NCBI GenBank assembly: GCA_033442325.1
Contig: JAWQFM010000001.1
Coordinates: 288,374 to 352,373, forward strand
Reading direction: 5' to 3'
Source: Salpingoeca rosetta
Lineage: Eukaryota; Protista; Choanoflagellata
DNA: 64,000 bases
Shown: positions 46,647 through 61,271 of the stretch, one piece after another
Layout: every line of letters starts with the position of its first letter
Numbering within the stretch: position 1 is the first letter of the stretch
The notes under the pieces: generated by a model
Databases searched by the model: none
Told to the model about the DNA's origin: nothing
Seen by the model: only the letters and a program-made list of their open reading frames with translations
Made by a program: the position numbers and the translations under genes

Positions 46647-46956
46647 ATGATCGCACTGTCGAGACACGGTTGCTTCCTGGCTGTTGCTGCCGCCGCTGTG
46701 CTGTGCCTGGCCAGCTGTGGTGCGGTTGCATCCCCCCTTCCACGATTGAACATCGACATTGACGCCATCACAGTTGCTGGTTCGTCGCGGTGTTGCGTGT
46801 CCAGTGTTAATCAAAATGTGTGTGTGTGCATGTGTGTGTGTGCATGTGTGTGTACATGTGTGTGCATGTGTGTGTGCATGTGCGTGCATATGTGTGTGTG
46901 TGCATGTGTGTGCATATGTGTGTGTGTGCATGTGTGTGTGCATGTGTGAGTGCACT

Positions 46957-46988
<32 letters not shown>

Positions 46989-48436
46989 TGCATACATACA
47001 TGCATCCACACACGTACGCACACACGTACGTATGAACGTATGCCATCCCTCACCTCAACGTGTCATCTCTTCCATGTCAATCTCACTATTTCTTTTCTCT
47101 TCTGCAGGCATCAGCGCAGGCGGAGCATTTGCATCGCAGTTTCATGTGGCGCACAGCGCAAGCCTCGCTGGCGCGGCCATCTTTGCCGGCCCGCCTTTCT
47201 TCTGCTCGCAGGCAAACGTCGACATTGCCGTGACCTCCTGCATGAAAACACCGGATCTGATTGATGTGGACGCGCTGGCCGCAGAGGCCGTCAACGCCGC
47301 CCTGATCAACAGCATCGACGACACGCGACACATGCGTGACGCAAAGGTGTGGCTGTTCACCGGCAAGAAGGACACCGTTGTGCACCCTGGTGTGGTGGAG
47401 AAGACCAAGGCCTTCTACGAGCACTTTGTCAACTCGTCCAGCAACATCAAGATGCACGACACCTTCCCTGCGGAGCATGCGTGGATCACAAGCGGGTACG
47501 GCGAGATGTGCGACTTCCTGGGCGACCCGTACATCAACAACTGCAGCTTTGATGCCGTGGGCGACTTTCTCAACCACCTCTACGACGGCAAGATCAAGCC
47601 TTCGGGCTCATTCAACGCCAAGCACCTCCTCCGCTTTGAGCAAGCGCAGTACATTGAGTCTGGTAACCCGGAGGCCATCAGCTTTGGCAACGCGGGCTTT
47701 GTGTACGTGCCGAAGCAGTGTGCGAGTGGCACGCAGTGTCGCCTCGTGGTTACCTTCCACGGCTGCAACCAGGATGTGGACACCATCGGGGAGGAGTTTG
47801 TTATCCACAACGGCCTCAACGAGTACGCCGAAACCAACAACCTCGTCATCCTCTACCCACAGGTATTGCGAGCGTGTGTGTGTGGGGGGGGGAGCTTGTT
47901 GCTAATGTTGATGTGTCTGTGTCTGTGTTGTGTGTTGGTGTGTTGATGTGTCTGTGCCTGTGTTGGTGCGTCTGTGTTGGTGTGTCTGTGCCTGTGCCTG
48001 TGTCTGCATGTGTGTCTGTGTGTCTGTGTGTGTGTGTGTTTGGTTGCTTGCGTGACGCTGACATCATTGGTGCGTCGTCTTTGCCTGTACGCTCAACGCC
48101 TTAAGGTGGAGAAATCTGCCGTGATTCCGTACAACCCCAAGGGCTGCTTCGACTGGTGAGGCCGATTGCAGGCAAACGTCTGTTGCTCATGTGTTCCATT
48201 GGCCCACTGCCTCGTTGTTCGTTGTTGATGTTGTCCCTCACTTTCTCACGACGACTCTCCACCGCACACACGCACACACGCACACGCACACGTACGCATG
48301 TAGGTGGGGGTATGCGGGCATCAACTTTGCTACAAAGGGCGGTGCGCAGATCAGGGCTGTCGCAACGATGATACACGCCATCACGGGCCAGTTTGGCGCC
48401 AATCCCACGCGCACCCGCTTCCACCCGCTCCCATAA
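46647..48436 (+). CDS. Secreted poly(3-hydroxybutyrate) depolymerase-like esterase (N-terminal lipase box type), 4 exons
   Basis: Signal peptide and '[14 protein letters not shown]|GISAGG' (GxSxG). Also 'QFHVAHS', 'GKKDTVV' (Asp), 'AEHAW' (His), 'PYINNC', 'GFVYVPKQC', oxyanion 'FHGC', '[13 protein letters not shown]' and '[11 protein letters not shown]'. Confidence 0.9.
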
Positions 48437-48473
48437 CCAAAGCTGTCGCATCTGCAAGGATGTGTATTTGTAA

Positions 48474-48552
<79 letters not shown>

Positions 48553-49108
48553 GCTTGCTTTTCTCCTCTTTCATCTCGACCGTGTGCTTGCATGTGCTGC
48601 TTTTGCCGCCCTGCCTCCCAGCAGTTCATAACCAAAACCGTTGCATCTGCCGGATATGAGAACGATGTGTCGTTTGCTTGTGCCCCTTCCCTTGTTTCCC
48701 TCGCTTTCCACCTCTGTGCTTGCTTCCACTACCTTCCCCCCCCCATCTCGCTCTCTTTTCTCCTCCTCCTCCTCCACTTCATCATTTGCTTTCGGATCAG
48801 AGAACCCCCTCTGCATGGCTACGCTTCCTGTGCTGACTCCTCCCCTCTTTCTCGTTTTTCCACGTGCTGTCGGTGCGCCTGGTGCGCGTCTTGATTGTGT
48901 ATTGTATGAACACCAATGAATCCCAAACCACAACCACGACGGCAGCTTGGACACCAAAGGGAGGCACGCGGGTGGAGTGCACGACACACACACGTCCATG
49001 CGTGCAAGTTACACACGTGCGCCAGACACACTCACACACACGGAAGCAAATGACCATGCACGAGGCACAAACAAGCACACCCACCCACACACACACACAC
49101 ACGCACAC

Positions 49109-49178
<70 letters not shown>

Positions 49179-49196
49179 GCTTGCGCGGCTTGGCGG

Positions 49197-51400
49197 CTAC
49201 CATGCGCCTGGGCGAGCGTACATGGGAAGGTGGTAGGCGTTGAAGGTGAGGTAATCCATCAGGCGGTCCTTGATCATCTTCTGTATCCCCGTTGTGCTGA
49301 TGGCCGATTTGAGATTGTGCAGGACATTCTCTTCCTCCGCCTTCACATCCTCCACTTCCGTCTCGTCCTCCGCTTGCATGCGCTGTCGCGGTGAAAGGAA
49401 CAGAGCGTAGAATGTGAGCGGTTGTGTGTACATGTGCATGTATGTGTGCATGCATGTGTATATGCGTACGCATGTGGGTGAATGAAGCAACACTAACCAT
49501 ACAGCGTGCAGCGATACAAACACCCACAATGTGCAACAACACGACTGGCAGCTGTTGCGGTCTGTTTACCTTGACGTTGAGCTTGGCCAGTTTCGCCACA
49601 AGATCCTCAAGCTCCGAGTTCTCGATTTCCTGACAAGGACACACGAGCATGAGCACGCGTGCACATGCACGCACACACACACACGCACACACACACACAT
49701 GCACGCACGCACACACACACATGCACGCACACACACACGCACACGAGCAAGTCCACGTGCAACCACACGCAGGTAACACACGCACTGGATTGTCCTTGAC
49801 GAGGGCGGAGAGCTCGCGAAGAAACGGGTGGAAGCGGTCGTGAAAGAGAGCAACAGCCCACGGCTGCTTGAAGAACCTGGCAAGCCATGATACCGATGGT
49901 GGTGGTGATGGCGAGTTGTGAACAGGTTGCTGGCATGGGATGTGCACATGCGAGCAGCATCAACATGGTTCATGCACACGCAAGCAAACGCAAGCAAATT
50001 CAAGGGGGGCGTTGCACCACACCCATCAACACCAGCAGTACCCATGTTGCACACCGCACGCACTTGTAAAAGTCCGGGATGAGTCCCTGATTGTATCGGT
50101 TGACGACGGAGTTGAGGTGGTGCTGGTGCAGCCCAATCAGGCGCACAAACGGAGCCAAGTCCACCCCAGCCTACAGGGCAGCGATGCGCATCGTGTTGAT
50201 GATGATGGCAAGGTTGACGGTGAGGCTGGAGGCGTGCGTGGTGGAGACGTGCGTAAACACGCACCCGCCACCAGGCAGGCATGCACAGGGAAATAAACAC
50301 ACACAAAGAAAATGCACAAGCATAAAAGCGCACACACGCGCACGCGCACACACACGCACACACGCGCACGCACAGACACAGACACACACACCTCGCACAG
50401 GCATGTAACGCCGCAGATGGTGTTAAATTCGTCCAATCGCAGCGCAAAGAAGCGAATGGGGCCGTCTGGGCCCTTGTCGCCTCCGCCACGACCATGACCA
50501 TCATCATCCTCATCATCACCATCCTCATCATCACCATCACCAGCGCCACCGCTATCATCGCCCTCCTCATCATTGTCATCACCATCGTCGTCGTCGTCGT
50601 CGTTGTTGTTGTTGTCGCTGGTGCGATCAATGAGACCGCCCGTCACGAGCTCGGTCACGTCAACCTGTCTGCTGGTGGCGGTGTGGCCCTTCAACAGCTG
50701 AAGGTTGTGCTGCGCCGACTGCGGCACCTGGGGTGTTGGAGAAGAGTGTCCGGGGGCAATGGGGTGGGAAGGAGGATGGAGGAATGAGGAGATGGGAGAT
50801 GGTGGCATGTACAGTATGAAGATCTGAGTGCGCTTCAAGAACAAGGGTTCTTCACAGAGATACAAACAACCAAACACGCAAGCACTCAACACACAAGCAC
50901 TCAACCAACCAAACAACACACAAGCACTCAACCAACCAAACAACACACAAGCACTCAACCAAACACACCTGTGCGTGGAGGTACTGCAGGTTGTTTGGGC
51001 AGACGGCAAAGCACACGCGCGGCTCCGTGAATGTCGGCAGCTCCAAGCCCGTCAAATCCTGACGCAAGCACAACCAAGACCAGCAAGATAGTTGAAGCGA
51101 CGCGACAAGAAGTTGAGAATTCGCGCGTGTGTTGTCAACAAGGTGCCAAATAACCATCCCCTGCTTCCAGTACACCACACCGACTTCTCTTCCGCGCAAG
51201 CATCCCTCGTCGCCACCACTACCATCACTACCATCGCCAGTATTATCACCGCCATCGCTCACCTGTGACGGTTCGAGCGGGTCAAAGTCTCTGCAGATCA
51301 CAGCGGCAGCGGCACGACCAACTTCCTCTGGGCGGAAAATGCACTGCCCGCACCCGCCAGCAAAGTATTTGTTCGAGTATCGCGCAAAGGGGCCCGCCTG

Positions 51401-51491
<91 letters not shown>

Positions 51492-52237
51492 TGTGTGTGT
51501 GTGTGCGGGTGTGTGTGTGTGCGTGAGTGTACAAGTTAGTACTTGATTCCGCAAGAATACCGTCCATCTCTTCAATGTACATCCACTCATCCACGCACCC
51601 GTCCATCCTTGCCTCCACACTCCATCTCGTTGCCAACCGAGAGAATCGCTGGGTCGTTGGTCCGGAAGTTGTTGTCGATGACAACACGCTGGTTGAAGAC
51701 AATGCTTGCCTCGCACAGCGGCAGGAAGTCGCGTCGTGCAATGCGTCGCTGCGGGAGATTGAGGCAGAGTTGGCACTGCACCTCGTATGTCGACCCGCTG
51801 TCACTCCGGAACACAGCGCCAGTCAATTCGCTCACCTGATGCATTTGTTCGAGGTAGCACTAGTGTGAGCAGGACTGTAGCGCGTTGGGTCAAGCATGCA
51901 TTTGTACATGTGTGTGTGTGTGTGTGTGCGTCTTGCTTTGTGTTGCCTGCAGGTTGGCACAGGGACACCACATGCTGCCTCCAGCACCACATATCGTCCC
52001 ACTCATGATCTACGACGCACAGAGTTTGCGACGAAGCGTTCGAGGGTGCATGGCTGATGCACACGCACGCCAAGACGCGCCAGGGACTGGTCAAGATAGT
52101 GCTCCACGTCAGCGTGCCCAATTCGCCCCTAACAGCACCAACAGCAGCAGCAGCACGTGGATGTGGTCGAACAGGGTGAGATGCAGTGACAGCGCAGATG
52201 TGCGTATCTGTGGCTCCCTGTGCCCACTGTTCGATCC

Positions 52238-52300
<63 letters not shown>

Positions 52301-52448
52301 GAATGTCGTCCTGATCTGCCTGTGCGGGCGGCGATTTGACGAAGACGATGTTCTGGGGTGCAGCACCGAGCTCCAGCACCGCCGCCGCCGCGCTGTACGC
52401 ATCCGCACTCGCACCGTACACCTGCAGACGGACACAGGGTGGTGGCAG

Positions 52449-52542
<94 letters not shown>

Positions 52543-54988
52543 CAAGTGCTTCGTGTGTGTGTATGTGTGTGTATGTATGTGTGTATGTATGTGTGTGTGT
52601 GCGTGCAAGCACGTGGTGGTGGACGTGGATGTGCCATGAGCATTGCAGGTGTGATCATCACGGAGACGTACAAGAATCGTGTTGTGCTCTGGGATGTGGA
52701 CGCCCTTGATTTCCTCGCACAGCTGATAACAAACACACATCTCATTGGATTGAGTGAATGAAGAGTGATGGGCTGTTGGCGAAGCTCATGGGCTCAACAA
52801 GCGATTGTTTCACATCTAAACACACACACACACATACAGCTGTTGATGCTCACCTCCTCGACAGCAGCGTGAGAGCTCGGGCTGTGAACGCCGTGCGGGG
52901 CCATGTGCTCTTGCTCGGGATCAAGCGTGGAAATGTACTGAGAGAGCGGTGTGTGGATGTGGTGCAACGTCACGGACCACAGAATGAGATGATAACTTGA
53001 ACGTGCTCGCAAACACACTTCTTGGAGGTGCCAACTTGCTGCAGAACCAAATGAACGACCACACACAAACACACACACACACACACACTCTCTCTCTCTC
53101 CACACACACACACACACACTCTCTCTCTTCACACTCCACACTCCACACTCAGCACTACACACACGCACACACACATATCCGTACCTGGATGTCTGGGGTG
53201 TACATGAGGACGTTGTAGTCGACGCGATCACTGTCATCCAGAACAACAAACTGAAGCAGTGGCGGCGTACGTGAGGAGTGGTGAGGGGTTAAGTTCAAGC
53301 AAACACACAAACTGAAAGGCGCGAGCAACGCTGCGCACACAACACACACACGCACATAAACACACACCATCTCCCTCTCTTGTTTCACAAGCACACCAAT
53401 TACCTTCTCGTCTCTGTTGATCTCGGCGACGCGGCCGCGGAGAACAGTTACAGACGCGTTGAGGCCAAGCTTGACAAGCTGGCTGCTCGTGTACGTGTGA
53501 TCGGCAGCGAGCATGTGCGACGAGGCTTGCCCGCGCGCGTCCCACCCAACAAAGTCGCCATCCTCGCACACATACGTGAGGTTGTTGAAGCGCAGGTGCG
53601 CCCTGATGGGGGGGGGGCGGGGTTGCACGTGAAGCAGAAGGAGGAGAGAGCGACATGACGGGAATGAGCAAGATGAGGAGGGGTGGTAGGTGGTGGAAAT
53701 CGTACAGAACACACGAAGTCACACGTGGGCAATAGGTCACACGTGTGTCACGCACATCCGCACATACACATGCACATCCACACACACACACACACATACA
53801 CACACACACACATCCACACACACACACACACACACATACACATGCACATCCACACACACACACACACACATCAACCTGTAGCAGAGGTCCTCGAGGCACG
53901 CGACGGCAGCTGGTGACGGGCCAACAACGACAATCTTGGCGTTGACTGACACCTTTGGCTCAAGCAGCAGCTTGCGTGCGGTGAATGCAAGCGCAAACGG
54001 CGTCCCCAGGTCCCGCACGCGTTCGGATGGGACGTTGCTGTGGAGATATGCGGCATCGTACACGGGCTGTGGTCGCGGCCTTGAGGGCAGGAGTGGCGAT
54101 GAACGAGTTGCAGTGGAATGTCAGCAAACACAATACGAATGAAGCCATCACACCGGGGCAAACGGAAAACGTTGAGCACCACAAAACACAAAGTGGTGCG
54201 CACATGCAATGAAACGCATGCAAATACACACGCACACACATACACACACACACACACACACGCAAGCGTTCGCACTTGACGGGGAGGAGCTGTTCGAGGA
54301 CGGTTGACATGGACGGGCGGGGAACAGCGACGAGATCAGCTGATTTCGACGCATCGTTAGTTGGGTCTGTGTCGTAAATGCGATAAAACAGGCAAGACTT
54401 CCGCAACTTTCTCAGAACCTCCCGCAAGACGAAGCGGGTGTGGCGCTGAAACAGCTGATTCAGCACAAAGTGGTGGAGGTTAATGTACTCTGCCGTCTGG
54501 TATTGCGAATAGAGAATGTACTCCTCGATGCTGAAGTGCGCGCGGATGGGCATGGCATCGGCCTTGGCGTCGCGCGACACCACCACGCCGGCAACACCGC
54601 CCATGCACTCCACAACGTGGCCGTGCACCCGCCGCCCGTCTGGTGGAAGCAAAGGACGGCCGGAGATGTGTGTGTGTGTGCGTGTATGTGTGTGTATGTG
54701 TGAGTGTGTGTGTATGTGTTGTGCGTGAGAGTGCAATAGCGTGAGCCGAGGTGGGCGAGAGCACAAGACGGACAAGTACCCATCATCAATGCGCAACGAA
54801 CAACGCACAACACACAACACACCGACCACCAAGCCGTGTGTGGTCTAACCTGGGTCGACACCAGTGGAGAGGACGCGGCTGACATCGGCGACGACCGCTT
54901 CGCCGGACGGCAGCGGCCGGACCAGCGCCTCCACGTCCCCAATGTCGCCCTCCTGCCGTGGCGCCAGCGCAACGGTGTCGTGGACGCG

Positions 54989-55035
<47 letters not shown>

Positions 55036-55045
55036 TGTGTGTGTA

Positions 55046-55094
<49 letters not shown>

Positions 55095-55928
55095 GAACGT
55101 CCTTGTTCGTGTGCACATAGCAAGCGTGTGTGTGTGTGTTTGCGTGCATTCGCTTCCCTTGCCACTGGTTCTGACCCCTACCGACCTGAATTGGTCTGAC
55201 GACGACGTCGAGAGAGAGTGCAAACTTGTGCAGCACATACAGCTCCTGCTGTGGATCCGCGCGCGGATGCGGAATCACGCGGTTGAAGTGCTGCAGTCGT
55301 GGCGGCGGTGGCGGTGGTGGTGGTGGTGGTGGTGTGACGGAAGGGGCAGCAGTGAGAGCGGTAATGACGTGGTAGTGATGTCAGTAAGAGGCAGTTGTGC
55401 AAGCGCATTCACACACGCGTCAGGTAAGCCTGTGTGTGCGCGCGCATTCGCGTACCTGGAGGAGAGGAAATTCGGGCACTTCCGCGGGAAGAGAGATGGT
55501 GCAATACTGCATATCGGGAAACGCCTCAAACACATACGGCAGCATGTGGATGGCTTGGGTGTCGTTCTACAATGAAAGGGGCGGAGAAATGAACGTGTGT
55601 GTGGGTGTGAGTGTGGGTGTGTGAGTGTGTGTGTAGTTGTGACAGGGTGATAGTGAGAAGCACATGACTGGTACAAGGCAGCACACACGGGAGCGCGCAA
55701 CGTCACGCACACGAGCGTGCACAGCCACAGCATTCATCACAGCCGCCAACACGACCAGCCACCAGCACTACCAGCCACCCATTATCACGTGTCATGAGCA
55801 GCACCTCCGCGTCGATGGCGAAGAGGTTGATGGCGACGGCGGCCGGCCGGTTCTCCTCGTCCCGCAGGCCGTTGTACGCAGACAGATCAAATAGCTGCGT
55901 CCACGGTGGTGGTGTGTGTGCGTGTGTA

Positions 55929-55996
<68 letters not shown>

Positions 55997-56705
55997 CGTG
56001 GGGTGTGTACGAACACTCATGAGAACGTTGGACATATGCACACGCAGGCACAGGCAAGTTCACGGACACAGAAGTACGCAGGCGCACACGCACACAGAAA
56101 TCCGAAGGAGAGAATGCTTGCCTACCTGGTTGAGGGCTTGGATGTCGACTGTTTTTGTGACGTTGATGAAGCCACACGCCTTTCCGCCAGCCTGAATGAT
56201 ATGCGGAGCACCACAGGAGATTCAGATGAGGTGTGGGGTGGCGCGCGTGTGTGCAAGCGTGCTAGTGGGTGTAGGGGATGGGTACATCAGCGAGACCTGT
56301 AGCAGCGTACAGCTTTGATGGCAGGCAACTGCACATGTTTGTTTAGTTGGTTGTTTGGTTGTTTGGTTGATTGTTCATTTGCATTACCTCGATGACAGCA
56401 GACTTGCTGTTTTCGTCCTCAGATTCAATCAGCTGGAACAGATAGAACTTGCCAAAGCTGCAGCACCCACGAGCACAAAAGAGATCGTGAATGTGAGGGC
56501 AGTGCCGAGGCGACGTTGATTGTGTTCGCGTTCACTGACTCGTAAAACCAATGCAACGTAACACAGCACGACACTGCCACACCATACCGAACAACAACAC
56601 CACCAAACATCCGCAACACCAACACTTAACACCAACCAGCGGCAGGAGCAGCAGTAGTAGGCGGACATGTTCAACGCCATACTCACTGCCATGACCCACC
56701 CACAC

Positions 56706-56743
<38 letters not shown>

Positions 56744-57039
56744 ATATCACGCACCGCTGTTCAAGCTGCTCGGTCTGCTGGTCGAAGATGGGCATGAGGT
56801 CATCGTAGTCCTCGGCCACGGCCTTGCGCACGCTCAGTTGGTCCAGCAGCGCATCCGCGCTTGCCAGCCAGAGCACCACGTCGTCGGCGCCAGTACCACT
56901 GGGCCGGCTGGCGTCGGCAATCTCTGTTGCCGGGTGGAAGAGCTCGTCGAGATGGTTTGCACGCACAGCGCTGGCTGCTGTCCCGCGCAGGGCCGGCAGC
57001 GCCACGTACTCCAGTTCCGGCAGCGCAGAGAACACCGTC
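49197..57039 (-). CDS. CFAP61: Cilia- and flagella-associated protein 61 (radial spoke / CSC complex); N-terminal ~120 aa not found
   Basis: 'TVFSALPEL', '[16 protein letters not shown]', 'FYLFQLIE', 'AINLFAID', '[11 protein letters not shown]', '[20 protein letters not shown]', '[22 protein letters not shown]', '[15 protein letters not shown]' and C-terminal '[16 protein letters not shown]'. Confidence 0.92.
50880..50965 (+). repeat. ~27-bp minisatellite (caacacacaagcactcaaccaaccaaa) x3 in a CFAP61 intron
   Basis: Directly visible tandem units. Confidence 0.85.
52449..52543 (+). repeat. (GAT)n trinucleotide microsatellite in a CFAP61 intron
   Basis: Directly visible. It produces the poly-D/M/H/I ORFs in the track. 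Confidence 0.95.
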
Positions 57040-57119
57040 CTGCAGATGGCACATGCGTAGGTGTCTGTTGGTGGCGGTGGTAACGGGTGTGTGCATGTGA
57101 GTGAGTATTTGTGTGAGTA

Positions 57120-57207
<88 letters not shown>

Positions 57208-57356
57208 TATTTGTGTGTTTGAGTGTGTGTGTCTGACTGTGTCTGACAGGAGCAAGACAGGCCACACAAGTACCAGACACACACATACACACACACACAT
57301 TCATACACGCTTGCGTTCGCCCCTTGATACCCCCCTCCTGCCCCCGCCTTGCATAC

Positions 57357-57755
57357 GTTTGCGACGAGTTGCAGGCCGATGGGCATGTTGCGTGAGGAGA
57401 CACGGCAGGGCACCGCCATAGCGGGGAGGCCGGCCAGGCTCGGGCCAACCGTAAACACGTCCGTCGCAAACTGCTGCAGCACCTGAGAGGAGCGGAGTCA
57501 TAACAGCAAAAACATGGAGCGGAGGCGGAGTCAATGATAGTGAGGGACAAATTAAACACAACACGCACACAAGCGTCCACACTACCACGTGCAAGCCACA
57601 CAACACAACACAGCAACAGCTGCAGCGTGGCGCACGTCTGCATTTGGGCTGAGTGCATCGGTGATGAGCGGGGCGTCGGAAGACGTGACTGGCATCAGCA
57701 CAACATCCACGCCCTGAAGCGAAACATGTAATGTATGTGTGTGTGTGCGTGTGTG

Positions 57756-57790
<35 letters not shown>

Positions 57791-60700
57791 GTGCGCGCGC
57801 GCGTGTGTGTGAATGTGTGAGCTGATGATTCGATGGTCGTTGGCTGACATTGCAAACTGGGGATCGTGCTCACACGTGTGCACATGTGTACACGCACTCA
57901 AACACACGTGCAACCATAGTTTCGTTCACGCAATGACGAAAACATGGACACGCGCGCGCACATTTTGCAGTGCGGAAGCAAAGTCTGCTTGAATCAGGCG
58001 ACGCACACGCTGTGCTTGGACATAAAAGCTCTCATATGACCTGAAATCGGTGGGAGGGGGAAGGAGCCGTGGTGACAAGGGCGGTAGTCAATGGGGGGAT
58101 ATGAGCGGGCGGAGCCACAATGGAGGACAAGGCAGGTGTACGTCATGCCACACACGTCGCACACCGCACGCAACTTGTGCAACTTGTACGCAAGACAGCC
58201 GCAAGACAGCACAATGCAACCACAAGACAGCCACCACGAGCATACGCATACGCACGAGCGCACAGGCACAACCATAAGGCCTTGAAACGCACGCGCGTGT
58301 GAGTGTGAAAGTGCCTGTGAGGATGCGGCGGGTGACCTCGGGCCCAAGACCGGACTGCCGCGAAGATTCAAACAGCCGGCGGTACGACGCGTGGGACGCT
58401 GCGCTCCCAGCACGCTCCCCTGTTTGCATCGAGAGGGTGGTGCATGATGGTGGGATGGAAGGTGTTGGCATCCATGGTGTGGTCCAACAACACACGCACG
58501 CGCACGCACACGCACACACATACACACGCACGCACACGCACACGCACACGCACGCACACGCACACACATGCCGCAGCTGCTGGGAGTGTTGTCATCGTAC
58601 GCACCGTAGAACATGCCGGTGTATCGGGCAAGGTTGGAGCTCGCCTCTGCCGGCGCCAACACGCAATAGCACGGCAGCGCTGTACGCACACACACACACA
58701 CACATGCACACATGCACATGCACGCACGCACAAACGGAGATCAGAACTGAAACAAAAGCGAGGCGCAGCTACAGCAACGGCACAGAGACTCATGTACAAA
58801 TAAACGCCCATGTCAGCACACCAACCGTTTTTGAGGTTTGGAAGGGAGATGTAGCGGACAGTGGCGCCGCTTGCCTGCAGCGCGTCAGCAGCCTGCGCAG
58901 AACACAACAGCATGAATGCATGCAACACAACACAGTGCACAAATGGAGCACACAACGGCTTCGTTTATACACACAAACACACACAACACACACACACAAA
59001 CACAAGACACACACACACATAAGCACACACACACACACATAAGCACACACAGCAACGCACGCACACACACACAATAGCGCACGCGATACCTCGGTCCACG
59101 CGGCAGCCACGTCGTCGCTCAGTTCCTCGATGAAGCACTCCCTTGGCAGACCGACCACCATCCCTTCCACGTCCCCATACTCGCTCCCCAGCGGTAGCCG
59201 GCTGCCAGGCGCCTGTGCAGTGAATACGCGTGTGTTTGCATATGTGTGTGTGTGTATGCGTGTGCATGTGTAAGTGTGTGCGCGTGCGTCTGTCGGTTTG
59301 TGCTTTCTGCACGTGCGTGCATGCGTGCGTGTAAATGTGTCTGTGTCTGTCTGTCGGTCTGCACCTTCTGCACTTTCTGCACCTTCTGCACTTCTGTATG
59401 TGTGTGTGTTCCCTTGACCACAGAGGCCAGGCAACCACTGGTGGCGAGCAGCTGACCTGGACTGATGCAGCGTCACGCGGATCGTGGCCCGCCATGGCGT
59501 CCACCATTGTTGCGGCATCGTCAACCGTGCTCGCCAGAACACCAACCGTATCCAGCGAACTGTTGCCGACAAAAGGCAGGTGTGTGGGCGCGTGTGAATG
59601 GCGGTTGTTCACCAAAGAGGGAGGCAAGGCAACAGGGCAAAACGATACAGGAGGGGAACACTGGGCAAGGTACAAGCGAAACACAGGTATGTGCGTGTAT
59701 ACACGCACTCAGAGACAAACACAAGCTGGGGCGCCCTCACCTGGCGTATGCTGTCATGCCCATGCGAGATAGCAAACCATAGCTTGGCTTGAAGCCAACT
59801 ACTCCACAAAACGACGCTGGCAGCCGCACGCTCCCGCCTAATCGCAGCCATCACATGCGTTGCAAGTGTGTATGTAGATGTGTGTGCATGTGTATGTATG
59901 TAGATGTGTGCATGTATGTGTACATGTTTTTGAAATGAACCAAAATAGCCTGTGCTGGTGCTCACGGTGATGACAATTTGGTCAGTCCAGATGCTGCACG
60001 TGCTGAACCGTGACAACGAACCTGTGTCTGTGCCCAGGGCAGCGCGTGCCTGTCCCAGTGCCACTGCGACTGCACTTCCACCAGAACTGCCCCCGGGCAC
60101 ACACAACCCCTGAAGCAAGATGGGAACGTCAAGGTCAGGGCCTCACGCGCACTGCTGTTCTGCAAATGATACACACCTGAACTCCCACCGCCGAACGCAC
60201 AGACGCACGCACAGACGCATGCACAGACGCACGCACAGACGCATGCACAGATGCGCACACACACACACAGACGCACACACACACACACAGACGCACACAC
60301 ACACACATAGACGCACGCACAGACGCACACACACACACACAAACTCACATCTGTTGCCCTCCATGGGTTGATGGTAAGGCCGTGAATGGGGCTGAAAGCA
60401 CCATATGATCCCATGCCAAACTCATCCAAGGATGTCTTGCCCGTGATCTCTGCTCCTTCCTGTGAGAGTGTGTGTTTGTAAGTGTGTGTGTGTGTGTTTG
60501 TATGTGAAATTGCGTGTAAGTGTATGTGTGTTTGTAAGTGTGTGTGTGTGTGTGTGCGTGTGTGCGTGTGCGTGTGAGGGAGAACAGCAAGGCTGTGAGA
60601 CGAGAGGATGGGATGCACACGACGGCAGTCAACACTGGTGCAGCCTGCAGACACACACACACACCCAATCACACACACACGCAAACTCCTCTCCCGATTG

Positions 60701-60916
60701 TCAACACACAAATTGCGACACGGAAGCACGCACGCTGCGGCATTTGCTGACGACAGTGGCATCGCTGGTTGGAACGAACGAGCGCAGCATGGATGATCCG
60801 CACGTCATGCGCTCATTGGCCACTGCAATGTTGTCTTTGACCATCACTGTGAACCCTGCCAGGCGTTGTTGCGCCGCTGCTGCACTCGCTGCTGCAGTGG
60901 CCACCTTGGAAGCCAT
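57357..60916 (-). CDS. QRSL1: Glutamyl-tRNA(Gln) amidotransferase subunit A, mitochondrial; terminal exon not found
   Basis: Amidase signature: 'VKDNI', 'TCGSSML', '[12 protein letters not shown]', 'PGGSSGGSA', 'GTDT|[21 protein letters not shown]'. GatA-specific: '[10 protein letters not shown]', '[13 protein letters not shown]', 'AQRVRRLI' and '[14 protein letters not shown]'. Confidence 0.93.
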
Positions 60917-60979
60917 GGCGAGGCTGTGTTGTGTGTGTGTGTGTGTTGTGATGTGTGTGTGTGTGTGTGTGTGTGTGTG

Positions 60980-61076
<97 letters not shown>

Positions 61077-61214
61077 GAAGTGGTGGTGGTGAGCAGCTTC
61101 CGGGCGAACGATGATTCGCTGTGCTGTTTGCAGTATTTCTACAATTGCAGTGGGCGATTTTCAACGGAAGATATGCCGAGTGATGATTTTCGGTGATGAG
61201 CCCACGCAGAATTG

Positions 61215-61271
61215 CCTCTCGTGCCTTTTTCCTTGCTGCTCGCCCGACCCAGAACTCCAGCCACACACGAG
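61215..61271 (+). promoter_or_regulatory. Putative RPS15A non-coding first exon with a TOP-like pyrimidine tract, followed by a 5'UTR intron (61272-61561); divergent from QRSL1
   Basis: 'ctctcgtgcctttttccttg' pyrimidine run, donor gag|gtgagg at 61272, and acceptor ttgcag| 9 nt before the ATG. Confidence 0.5.

Noticed and set aside
50880-50965. Repeat array resembling CRISPR
   Set aside because: Tandem units without unique spacers, in a eukaryotic intron, with no cas genes.
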